From NCBI RefSeq assembly GCF_036321535.1, contig NC_087437.1, forward strand, positions 116,562,001 through 116,626,000: DNA of 64,000 nt. The letters run 5' to 3'. The translations under genes were made by a program, and so were the position numbers. The DNA is from Camelus dromedarius. Taxonomy: Eukaryota. Positions 11,590 to 24,060 of this stretch are shown piece after piece. Numbering within the stretch: position 1 is the first letter of the stretch; each line of letters starts with the position of its first letter. Under the pieces are notes generated by a model that was given only the letters and a program-made list of their open reading frames with translations, searched no databases and was not told where the DNA came from.

Positions 11590-12660
11590 AACAAGCATCC
11601 AAGCACCACCAGACAGGAGAAAACCCTCCAACATGAGAGATCAAACATAAACAGAGAAAAAGTAAAGTAAAAGAGATGACAGGATGACAGAGAAAAAGTA
11701 AAGTAAAAGACATGACAGGACAGTAAAAGAGATGTCTTAACTTGTAAAAACTATCATTAAGATGCTGGAGATAAGAATAGATACTACCACCACTTAAAAA
11801 AAAGATGCTAAAAACTAAAAAATCAGAGAAGAGATTCAACTCAATTAATGAGAGTTCCAAGAGAGCACACTAAAAAAAAAACAGAAGGGAAATTATCAAA
11901 GAAATAATACAGGAAGACTTCCTGTATCACAGAAAGGCCTGAACTTCTAGACAGAAAGGGCCCCTGAGCACCTAACCCAATAAAAGGAAGAAAACTCTCA
12001 CTGAGGCATATTCCTATGAAATTTCAGAACAACATGAATAAGGAGAAATCCCTGAAAGCAAAGAGAAGAAATAGGAAAATATAGCCTTTAGAAATTGTGA
12101 ATCACTATACTGTACACCTGTAACTTATAAAATATTGTACATCATTTATTCTTTAATTTAAAGGAAAAGGAAATAGGAATCAGCAGTCAACGAAGCATCA
12201 TTTTCCAAGTCTTGAGGAAAATGATTTTTAAAGAGAACTGAATGCCCAGCCAAATGGCCAAGCTGAGGGCCACCCTGAGAATTAGGCAGATGAGATAATG
12301 GGGGTGGGGAGAACAAGGAGTCCAGGACAAGAGATTCCCCAGTGCCTGGAAGCAGCCAACTTAGCTGGAACCAAAGAGCACAGGGCTCCCAAGCACATCC
12401 TCTCCCCTCCCTCCAAAAATCTGGGAGATTACCGAATGAAGCCTCCCACCCTGGTAGATCCCAGTCCTGCTAGGGAGTTGACTGGCATCATTGATAAATA
12501 CATAGAAAAACTAAGGCAACACTCAAATCCCAGGAAAAAAACAAAAGGCAATCACAGCACACCATCCAGCTCACCTCTAGTAACAGTCACACAGTTATAA
12601 TCATGTCAGAGGTGAACATTAATGGAGATAATAATAGAACTACCACTTGAGGGGGCTGTG
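11590..12660 (+). mobile_element. HAL1/old-L1 ORF1 remnant, with a short young L1 3' end at ~12091-12165
   Basis: Translated fragments EIIKEIIQEDFL (from 11889) and RHIPMKFQNNMNKEKSLKA (from 12004) resemble L1 ORF1p motifs; the frame is disrupted. Confidence 0.7.
11651..11735 (+). repeat. ~36-bp local tandem duplication
   Basis: acagagaaaaagtaaagtaaaaga(g/c)atgacagga occurs twice, followed by a partial third copy. Confidence 0.85.
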
Positions 12661-12959
12661 AGTTGCAAGTTAATACACACAAGCATTTGAGATGGTTCTG
12701 CACCAAGAACATATAAAATGCTCAATGTATTTTACTCTGTTACTATTTCTCATACCTCATCATGTTCTTCCCACACAGATAAAGAAGCTTCATTCCCACC
12801 ACGTTTCAACCACTCTGTATCTAATACATCATGCTCCATAAGGTTTTCAAAAAGGCATGTTACTTCACTAGCAGTGAGGGTCAAACAGCTCTATAGTTTA
12901 GAGATAATGCTGTATAATAAGGAGAGAAGTAAGTTTGGTTTTTTTTAATGTGTTTTGAT

Positions 12960-14400
12960 GTTTTGGGAAACAACCTAAGTATGCAATGATAGGGAAACAG
13001 CTAAGAAAATTGTGGAAGGGGCACAGAATGCTTATAAATAATGTAAATAATAATAAATATATGCCGATGACACATTAAGTGAAACAAACAAAAAAAGAAG
13101 TGAACGTTAATGTAACCGTCATTGCTTAATACTCGGAAGGATGGAGGAACAGGGGATGGACGGGTGGGGCATGAGCAAATTTTCACCTTCCTTAATAGAA
13201 AATTGACAGCGTCCAAACTGAAAACTCATCAAGGAGCTGCGTGAGCCCGGGATTTATAAACATGGAAGTAAAAGACAGAGGAACAGCTAAGAACGGCAGT
13301 TACCTCTGGAGGCGTCAGGCAGAGAACTGCTATTTTTCATTATACGTGTGGAAATATGATACAACTTTTAATCTTATAAATGTATTGTTTTGAGAAAAAT
13401 AACAATTACCTTAGGAAAGTGATCAAAGGGGACCTTCAGAGTGAATAAACTGAAGAACAGATGGATGTGCAAGAGATTTCTGAGGCTGGATCAGGAGACT
13501 ACAGGTGGCACAAAGCTCGTCCCCAGGGACTGTCACGCGTTCATTGTCAGGGCTGTGGTGTCTGCCCTGAAGTCTGACCAAACACACCCTTCTGCATTAT
13601 TTTAGTAACACGCTCATTTGTTTATTTAGGTCACGTTACAATACAAAAAACTAGCAAAAGCCGAACAGCTTGGTGTAGTTATTGGGTGTTGTGCAAACCT
13701 CTTCCCCAAATCCACATGCAAATTTGTTCATCCTTCACCTTTTAAAAGCCTTAAATCTTAGAGTGCAAATAAGTTTAAAAAAAAATTCCTGAATGGTAAT
13801 TTGGCAATACACATCAAAAGATTAAAGGCACACAACCTTGACCCTACAATTCCACATCCAATAATGTAACCTAGTCTTTGGTAAACTCTACAGTATGGTT
13901 TGCAACAGTGATCTTCAACCCTAAAAGCACGTGAGAATTCTGACTCCTGGCCTCACCCCCAGGACAGCCTGATTTAACTGGTCTGTGATTGGGGCCTGGA
14001 CATCTGTATTCTGCAGCCAAGATGAAGAACTCTTGGTTTATAATAAAGAAAACCGGAAACAGCATAAATACTCAACAGGGGAGCTGGTTAAGTCCATTGT
14101 GACAGGGTCATACGATGGAATTCTAGATAGTCTTAAAATAATGTGGTGGGAAAAAAGATATTTCATTAAGCATATTTACTGACATGAGCAGATACTTACA
14201 ACACAGTTGTAATAGGCATATGTGATATGATTCACTTTTGGAAAAAGGTGTACACGAAAAAAATCGCCACTATCCTAGATTTAAATGCATCATTGTCTAT
14301 AGCCATAATGTCTGAGTGTGGAAAGATTTAATTTAAATATGTTTGTCTATTTGTATGTTCTAACATTTCCAATGGAAAAAGTACTACAGATAATGTGTAT
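12960..14400 (+). mobile_element. Old L1ME-type fragments, with a MER5B-like hAT MITE at ~13906-14040
   Basis: L1-like 'aaacaacctaagtatgcaatgataggg' and 'ggtaatttggcaatacacatcaaaa...ttgaccctacaattccac'. MER5-like 'gatttaactggtctgtgattggggcctggacatctgtatt'. Confidence 0.5.
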
Positions 14401-14847
14401 TGCAGATACTGCCTTTCAAAGTTCAAAAATGCTCAGACATGTCACCTGTAAGTGACTTTAAACACTTTAACACTGTCCACGTGGATTTCACCTCATGCCC
14501 CACTGCTGCCCAGGCCAGTAAATCTATACAAACAGACACACCCAAACTCTCAGCCAGTCTTTCAGGGCACACTGCTCCCTGACAAGTCTCCAGGGGGAAA
14601 GAATAACTTTCCCGTGAGTTTTGTCTCTCCTTTGTAGGTAACAGCGTTCGGCTGCCTCAGACCCAGAATGTCCTTGTAACTTCCTCACACCCACTGACCT
14701 CCTAAATTCAAGGGATGAAAGAGGAGCTGTTATTACTGCAATAACACCAGGACACCAGACACTGGATTTGTGACTCTGAGAAGGACAATGAGGAAGTCCC
14801 AAGCACACCTGCCAATCCCCCAAATTCCAGCCCCGCTAAACCATTTG

Positions 14848-15330
14848 TGCCACAGGGAAGAACAAATGTGACTCCATGTTGGGTCTGTTTCTTTTACTTT
14901 AACCTCTGTTTTCTATTGCTTCTGCCCAGAATGTTGCCTAGAGCCTGAAATATACAGGAGAGCCCATCCTCAAGGCTCTGATCTAAAGTATAATACTTCT
15001 CCAATCATACAGAGATAAAAAGTTGCAGAACAGAGAATGACATTCATCTTGTTGGAGGTTTACAGGAACACCATGACCCGGCCTACATGGACAGCTGCAA
15101 GGACAAAGGATTCCAACACCAAGAGTTTGCAACCCCCAGCAAGATCCCCTCCCCTTTTAGAATAAGAGAAGCCTGAATTCTATCTTGGGGAAGATGGTTC
15201 TTTGGGACCTAGTCCACCATCTTCTTGGTCTGCTGGCTTTCTGAATAAAGTCGCTAGTCCTCGCCCCAACGACTCTGGATTTAATGCCCGGTGGTGCAGC
15301 AAGCAGTGTGAGCTTGGACTCGTTTTAACA
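14848..15330 (+). mobile_element. ERV1 solo LTR, MER41-like (artiodactyl)
   Basis: Has TG...CA ends and starts 'tgccacagggaagaacaaatgtgactccatgttgg'. The R/U5-like part 'ggacctagtccaccatcttcttggtctgctggctttctgaataaagtcgct' contains AATAAA. The 4-bp flanks TTTG and TTCA are explainable as a CpG-decayed TTCG. Confidence 0.8.
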
Positions 15331-16813
15331 TTCAGGATCATTGGTAGAAGGTGTGGAGAGAGGTGGGCATTCAGGGCATGAATGTGTCTTCCTAAGAAGC
15401 TTCCAGCACAAGGAAGGGGCTGAGTTACGGATCACAAAATAGGAAACACCCGCAGGGGACAGACCCTTGTATTCTGAGCAAAAATGGCAAAGGGCCTTCA
15501 TCCTTTGCTTTACCCACCCACGCCCACTCCCTCCTCCGTGCCCCCTTCCCTCATTCTTTGCCTCAAAGCTGCCCACTCAAAAGAGTAAGCTGCAAATCAC
15601 TCTATCTTCAGAAGTTTGTAAAACTTAAGATAAAAGCAGTCAGGGAATTAAGACCAAACCCCAGATATGTGAGAAAAGGGCTCAAACACATGGCACAGCA
15701 TGAACAGTCTGCCTCCCAGGCCCGGCCTTTCGCCAACCAGTAGCAATCAAGCCGGACACTGGAGCAAGCAGGAAATCTAAAATTAGGTTGTACTACCTAT
15801 AATGGAGGATTTATGGGATGGTTTAATTGGTAGTCTCAGAACTAAAACCCCAAGTGGGGGAACAAAAACATCTTTCTGGACATACCTAGCAAGCCTGCGT
15901 GCCCTCCATGAACCCTACCTGCAGCCCGTGGATCCGCGAGTCTGCAGGTTCTTCCTGCTTCTAACCTGACACATCCCTGAGCCAAGAGCGCAGTAGTCCC
16001 TGGTCCTTTATTTAAGAGGCAAAACAGTTTCTTGCCGTAGCACAGATCTTCAGACCACACACAGACACACAGGAGTTGTGCAGAACAGAAAAGAACCCAT
16101 TCAATCAGCCCTCTCCTGAAATATCCCAAACCACAAGAACCACACTCAAAAGGTCGCGGGAAGATTCAACTCAGCCATGAATGTATCGGTTTGCACCTGT
16201 GAGCTGCCATTTTCTGTGCCAGCAAGATCATTTGAAAATTACCGTTCTGGGTCAACGGAAAAAATAATTACATTGTGTGTTTATGTAAATTCCACACGTT
16301 CTCAGAAAGATTTCAAGTAAATATGAGGAGAGAAACAGAAAGGCCTTGACTGGAATGTTGGCTGTTGATGTGGGGTAGGTAACAAAGTCCCTCTCCTCTG
16401 CAGGGGAGACTCACAGCACAGCACCCACAGAAACCAGCCTCCGCCGAAGGTTGGGCGCCCCAGAGACTAGCATGACCACAACAGTCAGTCCCTTCTGTCA
16501 CCCTCCTCCCTTTCTGTCCCACTCACTCAGCAAATATGAGTAGAGTTGGCCGTCTTCCCCAGAAGGGTCTTTCCAGCCACACTCGCCCCTCTGTGGGTGA
16601 CATCCATGCATCCACTGCGAATGGACTCGGGGACGCCAGCCTGAATCGAAGCCAGGGGATGGAGAGAGGAGGGAAAATGCAGGGACAATGACTGCCTCTC
16701 TGACTCCAGTGAAAAATGGGGCTCCATTTATTAGGATGGCATTCTGTCTGCACACCAGTGTGAGTAGACACTGAGATTTTACTGAGAAGAATTCCTTCTG
16801 AAAGAAGTTTCTA

Positions 16814-17389
16814 CACTATTTACAACAGCCAAGACATGAAAGTAACCTAAATGTCCAATGACAGATGAATGGATAAAGAAGATATGTGTGTGTGTACCCA
16901 CACAGATGTATACCCACAATGGAATACTACTCGGCCATAAAAAAGAATGAAATAATGCCATTTGCCGCAACATGGATGGACCTAGAGATGATCATACTAA
17001 ATGAAGTAAGTCAGACAGAGAAAGACAAATATCATATGATATCATTTATATGTAGAATCTAAAAAAGGGTACAAATAAACTTATTTACAAAACAGAAACA
17101 GACTCACAGACATCGAAAACAAACTTATAGTTACCAAAGGGGAAAGGGGGAGGGATATATTAGGAGTTTGCGATTAGCAGACACAAACTGCTATATATAA
17201 AACAGATAAACAACAAGGCCCTATGGTATAGCACAGGGAACTACATTCAATGTCTTGTTAAAACCTATAATGAAAAAGAATACATGTATACCTGCATAAC
17301 TGACTCACTGTGCTATATACCAGAAATTAACACAACATTGTACATCAACTAGACTTCAATAAAATTTTTTAAAAATTCAAAAAAAAATA
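16814..17389 (+). mobile_element. Cetartiodactyl L1 3' end (ORF2 C-terminus plus 3'UTR)
   Basis: Contains 'caatggaatactactcggccataaaaaagaatgaaataatgccatttgccgcaacatggatggacctagag'. A 13-bp TSD AAAGAAG(T/C)TTCTA lies at 16801-16813 and 17390-17402. Confidence 0.92.
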
Positions 17390-17472
17390 AAAGAAGCTTC
17401 TATTTATTACAACACACTATAACATGATGAGAAGACATTTTTGCTTTTTAAAAATCTCATATTCTTAAAGGG

Positions 17473-17557
17473 ATGTACGTATATGCATGACTGGGACATT
17501 GTGCTGTACACCAGAAATTGACACATTGTAACTGATAGTACTTCAATTTAAAAAATT
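17473..17557 (+). mobile_element. Very short L1 3' terminus
   Basis: Reads 'gtgctgtacaccagaaattgacacattgtaactgatagtacttcaatttaaaaa'. ATATTCTTAAAGGG is duplicated at 17459-17472 and 17566-17579. Confidence 0.85.
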
Positions 17558-17943
17558 AAGATTTTATATTCTTAAAGGGGATTCAACTCTCCAGTGTTAG
17601 AAGCACTTTTCCCAGATCCCACTAGCCTTGCGAAGGCTTCTGTTTAGGTGTGGAGCCTTCCCTGTACACGGGCTGTCAGTGCCTCATCCCATGGGAACCC
17701 CACAGAAGGAGATCAGCATAGAGGACAGTCTTTTTCTACCTGAGGAATTAGCAGCAGAGTGGAATTCAGTAAGTCTGGGGTCCTCCCTGGACTTCTCTGA
17801 ATGCAGCCTAAGAAGAGACAATTTATCCTGAATTCTAGACTCTGGTGATGAGGTTATCACAATATTTACAGGATTATTGTAGTATTAGAATCTATGCAAT
17901 AGATTATATGTACAGTACACATGAAATCTATGTACTAGATTTT

Positions 17944-17967
17944 ATATATTCTTTATATACATACATA

Positions 17968-17998
<31 letters not shown>
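17944..17998 (+). repeat. (TA)n-rich microsatellite
   Basis: Read directly. Confidence 0.9.
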
Positions 17999-20009
17999 GT
18001 AATAGCTTGGCTATTAAAAGATTTGGGGGGGAAATGCCACAGAAAAAATTATATTAAATAAAATTAAGCCAAGCAGTGAAACAATTTTGAAATGGTCTAG
18101 GAAACTAAGTGGTATTTGATATTTACTTTTTCTGGATACAGACGTGACTTCATGTCATCACTGACCCTGGCTGGTCAGGATCCCCGATATTTTCTAAATT
18201 CCTAGACTGTTTTATAGTCAACGGTCCCAACTAGAAAGTTCAAAGGGAATTCCCCAGAAAAGGCAGCGTGAAATAAGTGTCAACTAGAGCTGGAGAAGAC
18301 CAGACATACAACTCGTAACAGAAATACATTTAACATAAACAAGCGTTCAGGCATACATCGTGCTGTGTCATCTAATCTGGCCCTATGACCAAACAGGTAA
18401 ACAACAATGTGATTTTACCCTGGCATGCACTGTGAAAGCGGTTATGGTTTGAAAAGTGATTCTTGAGGGCAAGCACTCACAGACTTCCAAATCTGTGCTC
18501 CGTGGGACCACGACGTAGCACTTGGTCGCTCCTCCTGCTTGGTGTTCAAAATTCTGACTGTGGATCGTGGCTGACTCAAATTAACGTCTGTCCGTAAGAA
18601 ATTTTACAGAGATCATGTGTCAAGAAGAAGAGGGGAACGAGCTTTCATAACTAAATGTTACTTGCTTGGAGTTAAGCACTTCTTAAAATGCAGACAACAG
18701 ATGCGAAAAGAATTCATGAAAATGTACCTTTTACCTTCCAAATCCACAGGCAGCATCAGGGGAGGGGCAGAAGGAGCAGCTAGGCTCTACATCACAGGCT
18801 CAAAGATGCTCAGGACCAGACGCCCACCTGGATCTCCCACCACGACAGAAGCAGACTTCTTTGTGACATTCCAGAAAGAAGTATGCTGCCAGAAAATATT
18901 CTAACACTGCGTGTACCAGGAGCTGGAGGTAAGCATTTCAAAAAACTTAATCTTTATGCCTTCCACACTCACAGTAACGTTATTCATCACTTGATTTTTC
19001 TAGAAGAGAAGGGACTCTGGATATCATTACTCACTTTGAGACCCAGCAGATTTGACAGGACTGCTGGTGACTCAGACACAATCTGAGCTTCTTCCCAGCC
19101 CCTCTGGTTTCACAGCAACCCCGTCTCTCCCTTCCTAAGAATCTGTTTTTTCCCTCATGCAGTTTTTCCTATTTTCGGTGTCACTGGGTCCCTTCTAGTA
19201 AGTGTGCTGAGCGGTGCCGGCAGCTCCGGGCGTGGGCAGGCTGCAGACTCTGCCTCGCAGAACACGCGCCCTCCAGCTCTGAGTCAGCTGCCTGTTCATG
19301 GAAATACTATTCAGTGATCATTTTCGTAAAAATTTGTGCTGGCACAGTTTTGTTTCTCTTGACACTGGCCCAAGTGTTTTTCTCTTCTGATTGATTTTTG
19401 GTTTCAACTCAGCATGTCTTTTTTGGTTGTTTATTTTTTAATATATTTCCATTTTTACTGGAGGGGAAACATTAGCGTCAGCGGGATCCAGCTGCATCCA
19501 GTCGGCCACACGACCTGCATTTCTACATCAAGACGATGGGGGAGTGCTGTCTGCAGAAGCCGAGGAGGGCTTCTCCTGCCCAGACTCTGCTGATGGGACG
19601 TCAAGGTGGCCTCTCCAGTCGCTGACACACAAGGGCACACTGGCCTCTGGGAGGGCTTACGACCCCCCATCCTGGGGACATGCTTCTGCAACTTGGGAGT
19701 CTCTGCAGACTTGCTGATTGTGTACACCAAGTCTGACCTGTGCTCACACGGAGAGCGTGTGGTCAGCGGTAGTGCAGGTCTGATGGAGCCCTTTGAGAAA
19801 TACTCCAGCAGTTGTCAACTGCCTCTGCTTTATGACTATCATTTTCAGGCTACACTGGATACAAGGGCAAATGATTAGCCAGTGTAACGTCCTGACTGCC
19901 TCTGGATCACCTCCTCTCTTTCAGTCCTTTCTCAGATCATGGACTGGCATCTGTCATCTTTTAAACAGTCAGCATCTTTTTCAAAGTTCAGACATGCTTT
20001 CCCAAGAAG

Positions 20010-20242
20010 GCTAAAATCTGTTCTTGGAGGATGAAAAAAATGTCTTGCTCTTTTATGTACAAAGCACAGATCTAACTGTAGATATACATATATATATATA
20101 CACATAAAATGTAAAATTCCTAAACATATATTCAGGATATCTGTGGTACTAAATTTTCATGTGGGAGAGGTGTGATTAAGGAAAAAAATGTCTGAAAAGA
20201 CTCCTTAGGGGGTTGATCATGAAAAAAGGTTGAAAAAGATGA
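20010..20242. mobile_element. Probable hAT-Charlie family MITE remnant
   Basis: The terminus 'gaaaaaaatgtctgaaaagactccttaggggg...atgaaaaaaggttgaaaaagatg' resembles hAT-Charlie ends. Confidence 0.45.
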
Positions 20243-23200
20243 ATTTAAGCGTAAGGGTAACAGCATCACAAAATATCGCTACTTCTTGCTGCGTTGAGCA
20301 CCGATGCTTCAGTGATAAACACTGCCAGCATTTACTCCAGTCTGTTCAGGACGTCCCCATGGTAATTCCCACAAGTTGGGGATTGAAAGAGTTACGCTGC
20401 ATTGAGATACTCTTTAACTCACAACTCAATTACGTGTCTTCTCTTGTTTTCGAAGCCAGTTGGTGTTTGGCACAAGAAACAAAACCAAAGAAAAACCAAC
20501 AAATAGAAAAGGAAAGAAATAAAGAGCTAACGTTTGGATGCAAAGGAAGCAGATGACTGTACTTATCTGAAAACAATGACCTGTTATTTTAAACGTCGAT
20601 GAACTTAAGATTTCTCAGCACATCATTTCATCCCATATTAAGTACCCAACCCAGCAAACAATCTTTGCCTTGCCTTAGTCTATTAGGAATCTTGTTTATT
20701 TCAAAAAGGAAGCAGGCATTTAACTTTCTCAAGTGTATGATGTGCAATTCTTATTTTTACTTGCTTGGAGCGAAGACTGAAAAACATTGTTTAATCTGGC
20801 TTCCTCTGCCAATGCCGATGTAACTAGTTCTCATCCTTGTTTCCACACCTCCTTTAATCTTCTTTAATCTTGGGAGGGGGGGCAGAATTTAGTCCCAACC
20901 CTTCGGTGAGGTCTCCTATATTTCCAACAGCGCCACCCATGATGCTGCTGCCTGCTCTCCTGACCCGTGCGGGCTGTGCCCGTGCCGGAGAGAGATGGTC
21001 ATTTTACTCATAATCTCAGAGGCCATGTACACCAGCATCACAGGATATCGGACTAACTCTGTGATGACCTCAAAGGGTAATGTGTGGAGCAGGGACAGTA
21101 ACTGGAGTGTGTTTTCTCTCCTAAAACTCCCAGCCTAAGGCAGACTTATGAATAATTTTCAAAAATCAGGAAGTCTGCAAAAATCCTCCGTCTTATAAAG
21201 ATTGCATGGTGCTGCTCATCAAATCTCCTAAGGCCTCAGACTCCCGCCCCTCCGCGGAGGTCCCTGGACCTGAGTGCTCACAGCCACGCCAAAGAACGCA
21301 GGCACCTGCCTCGAGCAAATCCACTCCAATTCCCCCTCATTCCCAGACACAAATTTCCATGAAAACCAGACACAGGACAGAAAGCAGGGGCAGGGCATTC
21401 CCAAATCGCTTCAGATCTGCAGCCTGATTTCATTAGACTCGCCGGCTGGTTTCTTCTAGCCCCTGTGTGTGTCCACCCCTGGTGAACCTTCACTGACACT
21501 GACATCCAAAACTGAGCTGCCCAGACTGAAGGAAACAAGACTAGGGCAGGAGAGACGGGGGTGCTGCTGCAGAGGGGGCCTCGGTAAATTCAGAGATCCC
21601 AGAACAGGGAAACGCTTAGCAGTGCCTTTGCAGGGTGACGCGACTGCTGGGTGTTCCTGGTTCTGCCACGGAATCCGCCCACACATCCCTATGGCGTATG
21701 AAAGTTCAGCCTGAAGGGGAAAAAATCACCCTGCACAGTTGACAGTATTAATCCAAGTTTAACTAAATACAGCAGTTTCCAAGAGCACATTTTGGCCATT
21801 TCACGCCCACAAACACCCAGCCTGAGCAGTTGGTGGGGAATCCTTGTGCAGCCAGGGTACGTATCCCTGCTGGGTCCCTGTCACCTTCACGGCACCACCC
21901 CCAAGAGCTGCACCACGACGTGTCAACCTTGCCTAAGCGGTTTGTCTCCAAGATCTTACTTGACGAAGTGGTAAACTGTCGGGACCACACGCAGAAGCGA
22001 CCGGACAGCAACCTTCCCTTACGAGCCACGCTGCCCGTCTGAGGCTCCAGGCACCAGCGACGACACGGGCTTCCCTCCAAGGTTGTAAGCACACGTGGCT
22101 CCCATCACTGTGGTCTCGTATTCATTCTGTGTTTAGACCACTCGCCTCGCACATTCTCATATTTACACATGTTCATGGAACATAACCCCAAGTGAATTAT
22201 TTAAGAAAGCTTAATGTGCTTCAGGCTTCTCCAATATAATTTAGACTTTAGATTAAATCTGTACTCCCACAGGACAGCGGTGTGTTGACCGCAGCGGACG
22301 GCACTGAGCGGACAGGCAGCAGATCTTGGAACAGAACTTCGGTTACCTTGACAGGATCTCACCTGGAGGCCAGGGCTCCAGGTTGAACCACACAGGACTG
22401 GGCTGCAAAACGTAACTTGTTGCCTCTCTTGGAAAACAGCAAAGCCGACCCTGCCCAACACAAACGTTCTCACACGAGGGTTTATCCCACGCTGACCTAA
22501 AATGAAGCGCCCCGGCCATGAGAGATGTGCGATGCACAGACTGGAACACAAAGCCACGTTTGTTAGTTTTGAGTTTTCTGTTTTTTTTTTTTTTTTAGTA
22601 AATTGCAGTATTCTTTCTCCTTTCAGTATCTGGTTGTCAATAACTGGCCTGAATTAGGTGTTAGATTCTGCCCGGCAAACTGAAGTTCAGAAAAGGCACC
22701 CCTATTTCATTTACCAGTTTTGTTTTGTTCACGGTTTAAGCACTGCCCACCAGGAACATAAACCAGAACAAGGGAGTGAAGTTCCCTCCTGCACGAGCAG
22801 GAATGAACACAAACTACCCAGGAAGATGCACAGAAGGACACGGCCGGGAACTTCAGTGTCACAGCGGGAGGGAAGGGCCTGCCCTGGATGCAGTCTGCCG
22901 CCACCAAGTCATGTGAACGTGTGCTCTGAGAAGTTAATTCTGCCGCAGCCCGTCTGATGGCTATCCTCTCTTTCTCTGGGATTCTAGCACCTCAAGCATG
23001 CTATTCTTCAAAACGATCAATTGTATGAGACTCAAGACTCTGTCCACATGCAAAATGAGACATACATCATCGCATGGGACCATCCTTAAAAAGGGAAAAC
23101 TCAAATAAGATGTTGATGCATGAAGCTGTCAAAGAGTGATTCCAACAAAAGCAGCACTGTTTGTCACCACCCATGCCAAGTTTCAGTCTGCAAGCAGATA

Positions 23201-23475
23201 TTTGGTTTTGCCTTTTAAAAGCAGGAAGTGAGTCAACAGGAAATCATATATACACGATCCCTTGAATTGGAAAACTGCAGATTTAATACTGAACATACCA
23301 CGCCAGCATTCACTTTTCTACTGCTCTCATATCTGGTTCCGGCGCGATCTATGGGGTGATATCGCCAAGGGAGATACGAAGTCACAAAAATTCTATGCCT
23401 GTGATCAAGTTACAGAGCAGACTTCATGGTGACTGATTATATTAAAGCTGAGCTCCTATGCGGAGCATTCTTGAC

Positions 23476-23791
23476 CTGCACTGCTCAATACAGTAGCCAC
23501 CAGCCACGCATGGTCACTGAGCCTGTGAAACGTGGCCAGTCCAAGTAAGGAGGTGCTGGATGTGTAAATACACTGGATTTTGAAGATTCAATATAGAAAA
23601 AAAATGTAAAACAGCACATTAATATTTGTATGTTGGTTATGTTTGAAGTGATGATATTTTGGACATGCTGTGTTACATAAAATATTTTATCAACATTAAT
23701 CTCATCTGTTTCTTTTTCTGTTTTTAACATGGCTACTAGAAAATTTAAAACTACACAAGACTCATGTTCTGTTTCCTTTGCCCAGCACTGC
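23476..23791. mobile_element. MER33-like hAT-Charlie DNA transposon
   Basis: Runs 'cagtagccaccagccacgcatggtcactgagcctgtgaaacgtggccagtcc' to 'catggctactagaaaatttaaaactacaca...cagcactg'. Confidence 0.8.
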
Positions 23792-23899
23792 TGTGACCTT
23801 CCACCAACTCTGCCTCTGTGTCACCCTGGTCCCTTCTTGTTCCTTCTGCCAGTGGACCCTCTGCTCTGACCAAGAAAACTCCCCGCAGCCACAGGGATC

Positions 23900-24060
23900 T
23901 GTGCACAGGCCCCAGAGTCAACCCACCTGGGCTCTGCTCCCGCCCTGACTAGCCACGTCGCTTGGGGCACATCACTCAGCACTCTGGAGCCTCACTCTGC
24001 TACTCTGGAACATGGGGGCCACGAGGCAGCTCTTTCACAGGGCCGTGGTGAGGACGCCCT
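23900..24060 (+). mobile_element. MIR SINE (GC-shifted)
   Basis: 'ctgactagccacgtcgcttggggcacatcactcagcactctggagcctcactctgctactctggaacatgggg' follows the MIR core layout. Confidence 0.6.
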
